In this document: positions 33,241 to 45,882 of the stretch, piece by piece
Position numbering within the stretch: the stretch's first letter is position 1
How the letters are laid out: every line of letters begins with the position of its first letter
Assembly (NCBI GenBank): GCA_018398765.1
Contig: JAHBMJ010000187.1
Coordinates: forward strand, 1 to 54,183
Reading direction: 5' to 3'
Length of the DNA stretch: 54,183 bases
Source: Chromera velia
Taxonomy: Eukaryota
The notes under the pieces: model-generated
Databases searched by the model: none
What the model was told of the DNA's origin: nothing
What the model saw: only the letters and a program-made list of their open reading frames with translations
Position numbers and translations under genes: made by a program

Positions 33241-35836
33241 CCGTCTGTCTGTCCGTCTGTCTGTCTGTCTGTCTGTCTGGTCTCTCTGCGCTCTTTTTCC
33301 CCCTCTCCTCTCCTCTCCTCTCCTCTCCTCTGATTCTTTCAGCTCATGCGCTCTCCCTCTCTGAATTCTCGACTGGGTGGGTGCAGGAGAGGTGAGCAGA
33401 GTCGTCGGGCGCGTCGCCCAACTGACGCGACACGTAGCCGGACCTGGTCAGTGAGTACTTGCAATTAAGCAACACGTAGCGACAGACAGACAGATACTAC
33501 TGTTCAGTTTTGCAGATGGTCAGCCAGCAGGCTGCTTGCTGTCTGAGGCGGAATTGGAATATCTGAGTGAGTCAGTGAGTGAATGAGTGGGTGTGTGGAG
33601 ATATGAATGCAAGGAGCCTGCAGTTTTATTTGCGCTCGATCAGTGGGTGCCGTTTTCAGGAAAGGAGTCGTCGGAGTGTCAGACAAGGCCTTGCGTGCAC
33701 ATGCAATACAGAGAAAATGACTTGACGAAAAGGTCCTAAGTCAACAGAATGAATTCCGTTTGTGCCGTGCAGACACCCTGGCTGGGATGCTGTTCGTGAA
33801 CCAAAAGGGGGATCAGCAGCCTGGACAGATGGTGCAGGTCTCTGTGAGCTTTACGTAAGTAGACGAGTTTTTTGTTTATTTGGCTCGGTGGAGGTGTTGG
33901 TTCGCTTCGTCTTTCGCCTGTGTTTCTTGCCTCCCTTTCGCCGTTTCCTCATTTTTACCTTCCTTCGCTCCCTGTCTCCTTCCTTCCTTTTTCTGCTCTC
34001 CTTTGTTGCGTCTTCACGGTCGGATGATTGGAAGTCTCGAGATTCCGTCGGCAGATTGTGGAAGCGATGGGGATGTAAGTGTACAAGCACATAGCTTTCC
34101 ACGATACACACACGTTCTCTAAATGCCCTCTCTTTGTTCCCCCCCCCTCCCTTTCCTCTCTTTCAGATTCGCATCCCAAACGGAAGTCTTCAGGTTGCAC
34201 CTCCAGGGGGAGAGGGGAGCTCTGATCGTTTCTCTGGATGATCTGAAAAGAGGTGGGAAGAAGAAGAAGAAGGGAAAGGAAGAGCACGCATATTTTTGTG
34301 TTCTGCGCTTCTCTTTTCAGACTGATCGTATTGGCGGGAGGAGGGTGGTGTTGGCCTGTGGTGATCGGACGGACGGGGTGATTTGTTTCTGGCTGCGTTC
34401 TGCTTTTGTCCCTCCTGACATGACTTGGCACCGTCCTGGAAAGCACTCAACTCACTCAGTCAGCGAGTCTGCCCTGAGGTCTGCTTCGATCGTCTCGTGT
34501 CCTCCTCCTCTCTCTCTGTTCAGTTTGGAAAGGTGCTTGTGTGGGGATTTGTGTGTGATTGATCGCAAGGCATCTCCCACCAGCCACTCACGTACCTGCT
34601 CAGACATACACGGTTTCTTTCTGCATCATAACTGCCTGCCTGCCTGCAGGGTACATAGTGAAGAGGGACCTAGGGACGTACGAACATCCCATGCTGAACC
34701 CCACGACAGGAGTGCAGTTCAATTTTGAGGTCCGTGGGAGTGCAGAAGAGAGAGAGAGGGGGGGTACTCTGATCAATCATCATGCAGGAAGGAAGGAAGG
34801 ATTTTTTCTATCAGGTGTCACTTCGATTGGTTTTCAGGTTCACGTGCAATCATGATGCGACTTCACGTATGTGATTCTGCCTTCCTGCCTGCCTGGCTGC
34901 GTTCCTGTGTGCAGAATTGGGCAGACTACATGAGAGGAGTTCCCAGGAACCTTATCGACCCTCACTCGGTCTGTTTGTCTGCCTGCTTGTCCGCCTCTCT
35001 ATCTTTCTTCCTTTTTGTCTCTGTGTTATGTACATAGAGTGCTTTTTCTTTTGTTGTGTTCTCTTTTGTTGTGTTCTCTTTTGTTTCTTTCTTCTTGTCC
35101 ACCTTAAAATATCTGTGTGCTGTTGTCTCCCTCTCTTCCAGTTTTCCTCTCTGTCTGTCTATCTGTCTGAGAGATAGAGAAAGGAAGAACACAAATCGAT
35201 AAGAAATTCGTGTGAAATTCCTGAGTCCTTCCGTCTTCTCCCGTGTCCACTGCGTTCTGCTCTTGTTCTCCAGTGCCGAAAAAAACGCATGATTGTACAG
35301 TACAAGAATCGACTGCATGTGTCTGACAACGGCATGCATCTCAATTATCTTCGATTGTCTTTTTGAGCTCTCTCTCGTGTTCGGTCTCTGCGCCATCCCA
35401 CCGTATGTCTGCTGCCTTTCTGTCTGGCTGGCTGATTATCTGTCTACCAGATGATGAAAAAAAGGGGGTTTGGAGCCTTGCTGTCTAATACAAATTGTCA
35501 GCGAACGGAAAACAATCAGAATAGCATGATTGGAGCCTTGCTGTCTAATACAAATTGTCAGCGAACGGAAAACAATCAGAATAGCATGAGGGATGAAAGG
35601 TTTTATTCTCTGAGCGCTTCTGGAGGTAGCTTCACAGCTCACCCGTGCCCACTAGATACCTGCTTTTGGATTGAGTACGAAGACACGTCCGCGCGAGTGA
35701 GTGAGTGAGTGAGTGAGTGAGTGACTGACTGACTGTGAGTAGGGTGTGCATGTTTCTGTCTGTGCAGCACGTGGTCGACCTGACGGTTGCGGAGGCTCTG
35801 CTGACTTCCCAGGGGGTGCCAGTGGCCATTCGTTGA
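29636..35836 (+). CDS. Gfo/Idh/MocA-family NAD(P)-binding oxidoreductase-like protein
   Basis: 13 phase-consistent exons: 29636-29846, 30462-30688, 31075-31191, 31635-31700, 32105-32186, 32542-32601, 32939-32995, 33387-33446, 33773-33854, 34167-34252, 34650-34729, 34915-34968, 35768-35836. Motifs: Rossmann IGVAIIGAG, LLAVWS, VVLAVP and AGKDILSEAP (family consensus AGKHVLxEKP). Confidence 0.85.
30713..30905. repeat. 65-bp intronic tandem repeat, about 3 copies
   Basis: GCCCTGCTGGTTAGTCT recurs at 30741, 30806 and 30871. Confidence 0.9.
35470..35589. repeat. Perfect 60-bp tandem duplication in an intron
   Basis: TTGGAGCCTTGCTGTCTAATACAAATTGTCAGCGAACGGAAAACAATCAGAATAGCATGA occurs twice. Confidence 0.95.
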
Positions 35837-36398
35837 CAAGCGGAGGGACAGACACGGGGGAGGGTGCTATCGATGTGAGCGGTAAAAAGGTGAAATCAAT
35901 TCGGCGTTAGTTAGAGAGGTGGCCAAACTGCTGCTAGAACTGCTAGTGCTGGCTGCATCTGTTTTGGATTTGTTCATCGATTGGTCGTTGAATTGATTGG
36001 GAATGTTTGTCTCTTCAATGACTCTCTTAGGTTCGTCTCTCCACAAGTATGCAACACTGGCATCTTATCTAGCATCTTATCATATATATAGTATGCTTAA
36101 ATAATGCTTTAATTACTAGTCTAATGGTCGGGATAAATTAAATTAATTTGACGTATATATACACTATTTACCTCTAAGTTTACAGTGTAAATATGGAGGC
36201 CCGGCAGTGGACCGCGGGGCTAGTCGCGAGATAACCCCCAACATGAATCCCAGCGCGCTAGCATATAAATCCTATTTTATGCTATACCAGATCCTATCCT
36301 GTCCCAGCTATAGTATAGCATAGTATTGATCGATGTTCCAGATTTGGGGGGAATTTTTGCTTGCGGTCCACATATACCCGCTAGTATACCTGAGACTA

Positions 36399-38463
36399 CA
36401 CAGTACGGTTAGGAGTTACTACTGGCCCCTTTTAGCCAGTAGCGACTTATGGTCAGTTTAGTAATTATGAGATGGTAACCGGCGGACTTGAAAGCGTGTA
36501 CCACTACTGGTCCACTAGTACCATTACCATGGTAATTCAAAGGAAAACTTTGGTAAAAATAGTTACTATACCTATTTTAAAGCCTGGCCACAAAGACGCC
36601 CCCATCTCTTCTTCTTCTTGCCTTGCACCCGCCTCATCTGTCTCTTTGACAGCGTGTGACTCATCAGAGGTAGAAAGGAGAGAGAAGAACGCAGAGTGGG
36701 GATGCCAGTTTGTTGCCATTGGAAAGAAAGCAATCTATGGCAGCCTCATAGTGATACAGATGCTCGAAAGTATGAAAAAAGCAAGTAAGGGTCAGAAAAG
36801 AGCGTTCGTAAGAGAAGGGGGCATGGCAATTCTCGCAGACTGTATCAGTTGCAACGGACTGCTTCGAAGAATGTAGGAGAAAGAGAATTTAACTAGATGA
36901 AGGAGAACTTGATCGGAGGCTTGCGATGCTGATGGAAGCAACTCTTGAAACGCTTCTCAATCTGCCTAACAAGGAGGTAACACAGAGCATCAAAAGAAAA
37001 GAAGACCAAGACTATCGCCATAAAAAGCTATATCCCTGTCTTTCAGAAGCTTCAAGCTCAGTACATCTACAGCTTATACTACGAAGAGATTGACTGTCTG
37101 GACTCGGACTGATGGGAGGAAGAGTGCTTGTCTGAAGCCTCTGAAGCAGCGGCCGGTAACCATTTGGATATCAAGATCCTTTCTTTGTTGGTCTGTTTGT
37201 CTGACGTCTCATCCTATGGAGCATATCATATTTCAGTTCTTGTTCTTTCTTCCCTTGACATTCCACTTTTTCTTTGTAAGACTTCACTCTTTTGAGATGA
37301 TCAGAATGAAAAGAAGACACCCAACCAGAAGAGAGAGGTCTCCTATCACCTCAATACGTCTCGAGAAAAATGAATGAACGTTCTTGATTATATCAAAAAA
37401 GTGAAAGAAAGAAGAGAAGTGGATGTTTCTCTTTCAGTCTCTACTTCTTCGTCTTTCCCTTTCTATTCGTCTTTCCTTCTCTAAATCCAAGCATCCTTTT
37501 TTGCTTCTCTGTTTGCAAGCAAGGAAAAGAAGAGACCTAAATAGACCTAACTTCATCTCATTCCTCTTGTAGCGGCTTGCCACTTCACCTTTTTTCAGTT
37601 AGACAGAACGATAAGAAGCAACCCATAAGAAGAGAGAGGGTTTTTGCTTCCCCTCTGTGCGTCTCGGGAAAAAGAACGTTCCTGGCTACGCTGAAAAGTG
37701 TAAAGACAAAGAGAAGTGAGCTTTTTCTCTTCTTACATGGTCTTAATTTCTCTTTCTTCTCTCAACCTCTCTCTCATTATTTCTAGTTGTTTCAGAACTT
37801 ACAAAGGAAAAAGATTGTTATTCGCTTTATGCTGGATCAATGCATATCCGGTATGATTGGCACTGATTGCCCCCCATCAAATCACTTGATTTCCAGCTAT
37901 TGAATTACTCTTGCGAATGTGTATAGATGTTATATCTGCATAATTGATCGATCAAGCTCAGAAAGAACCTTGTGTAAACCGTTTTTGGCATAGGCCAGAC
38001 CTGTGCGGGCCGGCCAGAGAGGTCTGATGCGCTTCGGCGCTTTCTCTGGAAGCCGCATATCGGGTATTCGGCATTGGGGCGGGAGGCCAATCCTCCGGAC
38101 ATAAATCCTAATCCTAATTCCAATTAGCAGTTTAAAGCCCTGAAATAATCATACCCAAATAATATATGCTCTATATAGTGATATACTAGTTAGAATTTAG
38201 TCATAAAATGATGAACATTGAATTTTACTAGAATAAACTTTTAATGAATACCAAAAATATGATTTTTATAATAGTCTAAAAGTAGGTCTAAATTAAATTG
38301 GTTTTATACGGTAAGTTTAACTCAGAATGTGGCCAAATCTGCCTGTTTTTAGCTACTACCACTACCATTGGAACAATACTACCGTAACCACAAAATTGGT
38401 AACCCGGCTGCTTAGCGGCCGCCTAGTAACCGTCCTACTTTCGTTACTCCTAAGCGTACTGTG
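36399..38463. mobile_element. About 2.07-kb non-autonomous DNA transposon with TIRs and a long TSD
   Basis: Left end CACAGTACGGTTAGGAGTTAC versus reverse complement of the right end CACAGTACGCTTAGGAGTAAC (19/21). Flanking direct repeat TACCTGAGACTA (36387-36398) / TACCTAAGACTA (38464-38475). No intact transposase ORF. Confidence 0.8.
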
Positions 38464-38821
38464 TACCTAAGACTAATTTTTGAAAATCATGTGATTTAAA
38501 TCAATCTTTAATAAAGTTTGTCAAAATGGTCAAGAAAATGTTTAAAAATTTGTTTTTAAACGTATCATGTCCTAGACCTCATCAGATTGGGAAAAAGTCC
38601 GAAAAACTTTGAAACTATGAAAAACTTAAAAGGCTAGCTTAAAGCCTAAAAGTTAAAGATATGTTCGAACATATGCAAACAAGATTTTGTAACAACCTAG
38701 GTAACAACACAATTTTTGTCAATCCAAACCCAGGATTCATGCACGCCCCAGAAAACTTAATTCCCCGACCACTGCTATGTCTCCAACACCCATCCGATGC
38801 CTCCGAGTTGCTCTGCTCTCC

Positions 38822-40855
38822 TCACTGCGTCTTGACTTGCAGGTCCTCGTCGCTGCTCCCGCCCTCAAGCCAGTCCTGCAGATCATCGACATGCAGAAAC
38901 CAGGCAGACAGATTAATAGATGTAGATAGAACGCAAGCTAATCAGTAGTCGTATAACAAGCCTCTGAAACTCTCGAGAGACTGGCGATGCGCATGCAGAG
39001 GAATCCAACAAATATGCATGATCAGAGGACTTCGCTGAATTGGCAGCCAAGGAGTAAATCGGTCTGTCTGTCTGCCAGTGGATTCAAGACGTGAATGAGT
39101 GAATGGGTCATCACCGAAACATGGAAGGAATCACTGAGCCGGTTGGGCAGTCAGGAGAGACAGACGAAGAACGGCCCAACTGACCGTACACCACAGTCAG
39201 TGTAGGGACCCGCTTTTGCCAACTGCTTATTCACATTGAAAAGACAGGCGGAAAGAGACGGCAGCAATACCTACAAACTGTGCTGCATGGACAACCAGAA
39301 TGGGTTGGTTTTCTTCTCTTCCTGCTGACCGCAAAGTCTTCCTTGTTCTGATCTTCTTCTGCGCCGTCCGTCTCTGGTGCCAGTGCCGCTGCTGCTGCTG
39401 TGGCCGGGGGGGCTGCAACGGCAGCAGCTGCTGCGTGGTGTCTCTGCTGAATCTGTCCTCCCTCCCCCCCTGGCTGCTGCTGCTCACTCCGCACCTTGAC
39501 TCGTCTCCCCCCCGCACCTCCCACACCCGTCCCTCCTTCTTTTGATAAAATCCCCCCTCCAGACCCCATTTGTCTCTTCACCCCTCTCCCCTCCCCAGGC
39601 TCCTCCTCTTCATCCGCATCATCTCCCTCAAGACCCCCGAGGTCGTCCCTGAACCCCCCCGCAGCCTGACGAACCGCACTCGAGTCCAACAACTGAGGAA
39701 TTCCCCAGTCCGAACCTCGGTCTCCCTGCACACACACGCACACGCAGGCATGAAGACGGAAGAGACATTAATAAAAAGACCCAATCACATCCCCTTCCGT
39801 TATTCCTGACAGAGAAGCTATCTCACTGCGAGAGCATACATCATACAGTACGACAAAAAAAAACACCAAACCGAAACAATGCTGCCTTCTCTTCGCTCCC
39901 ATGAACGCTCCCGAGCCAGAGCCACGATGCAACGAATTTCCTTCCGCTTGGGACACCAGTCCGGTGGCCGGAAAATTCATTCTGTACATTTGTGCGCGTA
40001 ATACGTGGGAAGTAAAAGTCTAAAATCGAAAGACAAAATCTGCACCACCCCCAACCAACCTACCTACCTACCTTGCCTGCTTGGGGGTCCCCCTCGGCCT
40101 CCCGCGTCCGAACAGAGAGCGCCCTCAGGTCCGTCCGGCCGTCGTGGAGGTACGCAGACAGCTCCTGTCCTCTGTACTCCCTCTCCTTCAAGGCACTAAC
40201 TAATTGCTCGGCACAGAGCGCCTGACGGAACTTCACACACACAACCCCCTTCGGGTGACCCTCGATGGGCGTCACAGAGTGAACGACCCCGCCTCCAAGA
40301 GCTGCGGCTGCCTGCAGGGAGGGGAGCGGAGGGGAGGGAAGGGAAGAAATGGTCACGTCAGAGCTCTCATGGATTCCTCTCGATCTCGTCTCGGGTCTCT
40401 CTCAAACACACACACACACACACACACGCACTTCCCATGAAACTAAAAGTCCCTTTGTTGTGCTCTGGCACTCGGTCCAAGTTCCCTCCTGTGTCGTGTC
40501 CGCCTGCCTGCCTGTCTGAACAGCACCGCTTGGTCTGATTTTTTTCTTTTCTTATGCCAGACAGGACAGATGGACGATCACCTTCCCCGCCCGCCCCCGT
40601 ACTCTCTCTCTCCGCGCCTGCCCCCCGCGCATCACACATGTCGAACTGGACACAGACAGCTGTACCAAACACACAGAAACAGACCCACCCCCTGACTGAC
40701 CGGTTTGACCACGTCCTTGAGTCTCTTATAAAAACCGTCCCCCATAGTCCGTGCCTCCTCCACTGTGAACATGCCTTCTATCACTGCCGTCCTCCTGTCC
40801 GCAGAGTCCACCAAAGTGCCCTCGTCCCACGCAAGCGAGCTGCACACACACACAG

Positions 40856-40910
<55 letters not shown>

Positions 40911-42558
40911 CTACAACATGGTTTCTCTTTTCTTTCTTTCATTCTCTCATGCACGAACATCCACTTCCTTTTCCGGGTCACGCGACAGTGCTGTCAGACA
41001 GAAAGACAGACACAATTGTTCTCCTTCCCTTTCCTTTGCACGCACAGACAGACAGACAAACGGACGGACGGAAAGGAAAAAAGAAGGCAGAGAGGAGGAG
41101 CGAGAAAGAAAGAAAGAAAGAAAGACAGACAGACAGACAGAAAGAAAGACAGAAAGAATGAAAGAAAGAACGAAAGAAAGAACGAAAGAAAGAGAAAGAA
41201 CGGAAAGAAGGAAGGAAAGAAAGAAAGAAAGAAAAAAAAAAAAACCTGTCGCTAGAGAGGACGAGCGTGTATTCCGTGCATGTGCGACGAGAGCGAAAAA
41301 AGAATACAAGTGACTTGCCAGGTTGCTTGCCTGGCGGTACTCCCCCCCTCTCTGATAGTCTCAAAAACATTCACTCACGTTCCGCGCTTACTTACCGTTG
41401 TTCAATGTTCCTTCGGGCTGCCAGTCTCTTTTGTTCTTCTGCCCTTCGTGCCCTTCTTTCCGCTTCCTTCTGTTTCTGTTCCTCTGCGGTCAGCCCTGAC
41501 GAGCCTTTCGAGGATTCCCCCATAGGCGCTTTGAACTCCGCCTGCAGGGAAGGGCGGGGGGAGAGATAAGATACCATATTCACTGAAGCAGTCAGTTTGT
41601 GATGCTTGCGTGGAAACATCTTCCATGTTGTCATCCACCTGTCACCTGGTGTTTGGTGAAGAGACGCAACCCCCGTCTTCCTTCCGGGAAGAGTTCAGGG
41701 AGCACTGATCTCCTTCTCCTCTGTCTTCTTTCTTCAGTTTCTTTCAGTCTCGGCCCCCGATGTCGAGCACTTCTTTGTTGCTGTCAAAGAGTGAACGAAA
41801 GTAGAGGCACTTCGGTCACCCAGCATCAGCAAACGGGAGAGAGAACGCAAGAGAAACAGTCAGATAGGTGCAGGGACAGAGACGGACAGGAAAAGAAAGA
41901 GACAGGGAGGGGACCTGGCAACAAAACAAAAACAGCAGCCGCACTGCTGCTTTGTACTTCCCTTTCCCCTCCCCTCACACCTGGCGGACGCAGATCTTGC
42001 AGTCCTTCCTCAGTTCGTACTCGTGCAGATACTTCAGAGCGAGGGCAACGCTCTCCTCCTGCATGGACACACACACACGCACACACACGCACACGCACAT
42101 GCACGGGGAAAGAAGTGATCGATGATGAATGTGCGGGTGGGTGCTTGCATCAATGATGAGAGGCCGACGGCCACGCTTTCCTCATGAGAGTAAACACCGG
42201 CACAATTAAAAAGAAAGCAGACTGATATGAGTCAAAACGTTTCTTGTCCATTTTCTGAATTTGCCGCCTGTGTGCAGGCTGACGACACGAATACTCCAAC
42301 ATGAGGCCGAAAACAAAAGAGAGGGAGAGAAGGGGTGAGATGGCGTCTGTTGACAGCACGTCAGTCCGCGAGAACGGAGCACCTTGTCATCCTGTCCACA
42401 AACTATAGATGCACATAGAAAGAAGCAAACAAGCAGGCAGTTTTTGTTCCTTTCTATAGCATACGAACACACCCCGTTTACCTTTTGGAAAGTGATCAGC
42501 GCATCCCCCTGGCATTCATTCTTGTCGTTCCTGTAAATTTTCACCCTACTCTTTCCTG

Positions 42559-42590
<32 letters not shown>

Positions 42591-45500
42591 CACGTGTCCA
42601 CCCACAGGAAATGAGGGGGGGGGAATTGAACGGACTCACTCTCATTCTCACACCACATTGAATGAGAAAGCCAACCACCCAGCGTGTAGACGGGGGCATG
42701 CAGACTGCCACAAATACTCCATGGAGATGAGGAAATATGTATGAAAGGATGATCGAGAAACAGAAAGAAAGAAAGAATCATGGCCCGATGGACGTCAAGG
42801 AAAGAAAGAAGTTCATCGAAGCAGGAAAAGAAAAAAAGAGCTCTACGTCAGGACACTCATTGTTCTTTGTTCGTTGCTTGACTGACAAGAAACGGAGAGA
42901 AAGAGACAGAGACAAAAGAGACCGACCTGAATTTAGATCCATCTTCAAGGCTCCCGCCTTCTTAAATATTCGTTCAAGTTCCTGCATACACACCCCACAT
43001 CGAACACACTTCCGCTCACACAGATCCACACATATACATAAGCCACCAACAGGTTAATGCCTTCTTTCTTTTTCACTCACACACCACAAACACTGACAGA
43101 TATTCACAAATACACGCGCGCGCGTACTCTCTCACTTACACCGCTCTCCCAGGTCACTCAGTCGGCAAACAGTACGAAACGAATGAACAAAAAACAAACA
43201 GAAACAAAAAACAGGCCACCCGACCGACCTCCTCTGTCACATCTGCGGGCAACGAGGAGACGTACACGTTTGGGTTCTTCTGCACACCCACAGCGTGAGG
43301 AGAGAGAAAGGGGGGGAGAGGGGAGAGGGGAGAGAAAGACTTAAGAGAGAAAGGGATGCTCTTGTGGAGGCCACGCGAACGCACACAAGCCGAAGAAGAA
43401 ATCAAGAGGAAGCACAAAGAACAGACCGACAGACAAAAAGAGACAAAGACAGCCTTTCGCTCTCAGNNNNNNNNNNNNNNNNNNNNNNNNNNNNNNNNNN
43501 NNNNNNNNNNNNNNNNNNNNNNNNNNNNNNNNNNNNNNNNNNNNNNNNNNNNNNNNNNNNNNNNNNNNNNNNNNNNNNNNNNNNNNNNNNNNNNNNNNNN
43601 NNNNNNNNNNNNNNNNNNNNNNNNNNNNNNNNNNNNNNNNNNNNNNNNNNNNNNNNNNNNNNNNNNNNNNNNNNNNNNNNNNNNNNNNNNNNNNNNNNNN
43701 NNNNNNNNNNNNNNNNNNNNNNNNNNNNNNNNNNNNNNNNNNNNNNNNNNNNNNNNNNNNNNNNNNNNNNNNNNNNNNNNNNNNNNNNNNNNNCCCCCCC
43801 ACACGTACACACACAGATAGACAGACAGATAAATAGATAGATGGATGGACAGACAGATGCAGATAGATGGATAGATACAAAGAGAAAGAGAGAGAGCCAA
43901 GACAGACAGAAGAAAGAAAAGCAGACATGCACAAAGCAAGTCAGAAAGAAAGGAGGAATGCACGCAAGCGAGAAAGCAAAGGGAAGTGAATGAGTGAGTA
44001 AAGTGCGACGGTGAATATTCGTGTGTGTGTGGGCGCGTGTGAATCTATCTGCTTGTCTGTCACGCTCTGTAGTCAGCTTGAAGGAAGGAAGTAGCGTGAA
44101 GTCCTTTCGGGTGTTTCTGAAAGCCGTCCCGACCGACCCGGCGTTCCTACAAAACGAAAAAAAAAGAGGAAGCACAGAAACAATTAATTGCCGTCACTCA
44201 TTCACTCACTCACTCACCCTCGCTGCAACAAATTCTCCTGCCTTCTTTCTCTCCTTTAGCCTCTCCCTGTATGCCTTTTTCTTGGCCGCCTTTTCCCGTT
44301 GCTCGTCCGTCATTTGGGAGACCTCAGCCTGGGGCCCCGTCGGTTGTTGTCCCCCCGTCTGTCCACCCGGGGCCGTTGCGTCCCCGTCCCCCGGAAAGGT
44401 CATCTCGGCCTCAGTGTACCCTCCACCCCCCCCTGCCGCACTAGAGGAAGAAGAAGCAGACGAAGAAGCAGCAGCCGCAGCAGACGCGCCACCGCTCTTC
44501 GCCGATTCTTCCGACGGTTGCGGACCGTCCGTGAAGATCTGCGTCGATCCAGCACGCGAGACGGGAAGAGGGAGAGCACGCACAGAAAGAAAATTGAGAG
44601 TGGTGAGCCGACACAGAACACTCAACTTCGACTCTCTTCTGCTTTCTGAACTTTCAGACGCTTCGTCAGTTCGCGCAATGACGCCTGGACGCAGCTAGAA
44701 AGAAAGTTCGACGCACAATCGATACGAACAAAAAGAGAAAAAAAGACTGTGCACACACCTCTTTCTCTCTCCCTCCTGCTCAATTAAACCTGCATCCACC
44801 TCCCCTCCCCCGCTCTTCCTGGTGCCCTCCCTTAGTCGCTATGGCGAAGGCGAACGCAAATGTCTGCCAGCTCCCTACGAGCAGCTGTGTCTCGTTGATT
44901 GTGCATGTCTTGCTCACTGTCTGACTGACTGACTGACGGACCACTGTTATCCACTGCATCGTGGTGTCGTTGAACATTTTCGGTTTTCCTGCAAGCCGAA
45001 GAAGGATCGAAGGGGGGGCGGAAGAGAAACCTCATGCATGCAGGTCGGCAACTGTACAACCCTCCCTCTCCCTCCCCTTACCCTGCCGTGGTATGGCAAA
45101 GTCCCACGGGAAGGCAGCTCTCTGAATCCTTCCAGGTGTCAGAAACGCATTCGCATGAGAGACATAGACAAGACGTAAGTCTGCATAGATGAAGACTAAG
45201 CTGGCTGAGCAACCCACCGTCCATCGGGTCTATGTACCGCAGCTTCTCGTCCACCGCCTCGTACTCTGCTCTTTTCATGCGGGCCGTCTGTTCCTCTTCC
45301 GGTGCAGGTGAAGGGGCGTGGTGAGGCCCTCCAGTGCCGTTACTCACGTGCGAACTAGAAGCAGCCGCCGCAGCAGTGACCCCGTTTGCCTGTCCGTGTC
45401 CTCCGGCTTCTCCCACCATGTCCTCGTCCTCGTCATCTTCTTCTGCGTGCACTGCACGGAATTAAAGGAAAAGAGACGGGGGGAAGAAGGGAAGAAGGCA

Positions 45501-45845
45501 GGCGAATGAATGTGCGGATTAGGCGGGCACCTTGTCTTATCTGTGTCTTGATGTGTACAAGCTGCACACCACTGCAATACTGATAAAAAGCAAAGAAGAC
45601 GGACGGGAGAGAGGGGGAGAGCAGCAAAAAGAAAGTACACTCGAAACAATGCAGAGAGAGAGGAGGGCCACCCGGAGGCACCTCAGTGCCCTTCGTCCTT
45701 TTTCAAAAAGAAGTAAAGGTCACAGCTTTTAATGGAGCTCTCAGTTTGCTTGAAGTCCTCAACAGAAAGGAAACCGACACGTCGGTCAGCAGGCCCTATC
45801 AACTCAACACGAGATCTCACCCCCCCCCNNNNNNNNNNNNCCCCC

Positions 45846-45882
<37 letters not shown>

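Noticed and set aside
38020..38050. Hammerhead ribozyme (CTGATG plus a hairpin)
   Set aside because: It lacks the conserved CUGANGA and GAAA core nucleotides.
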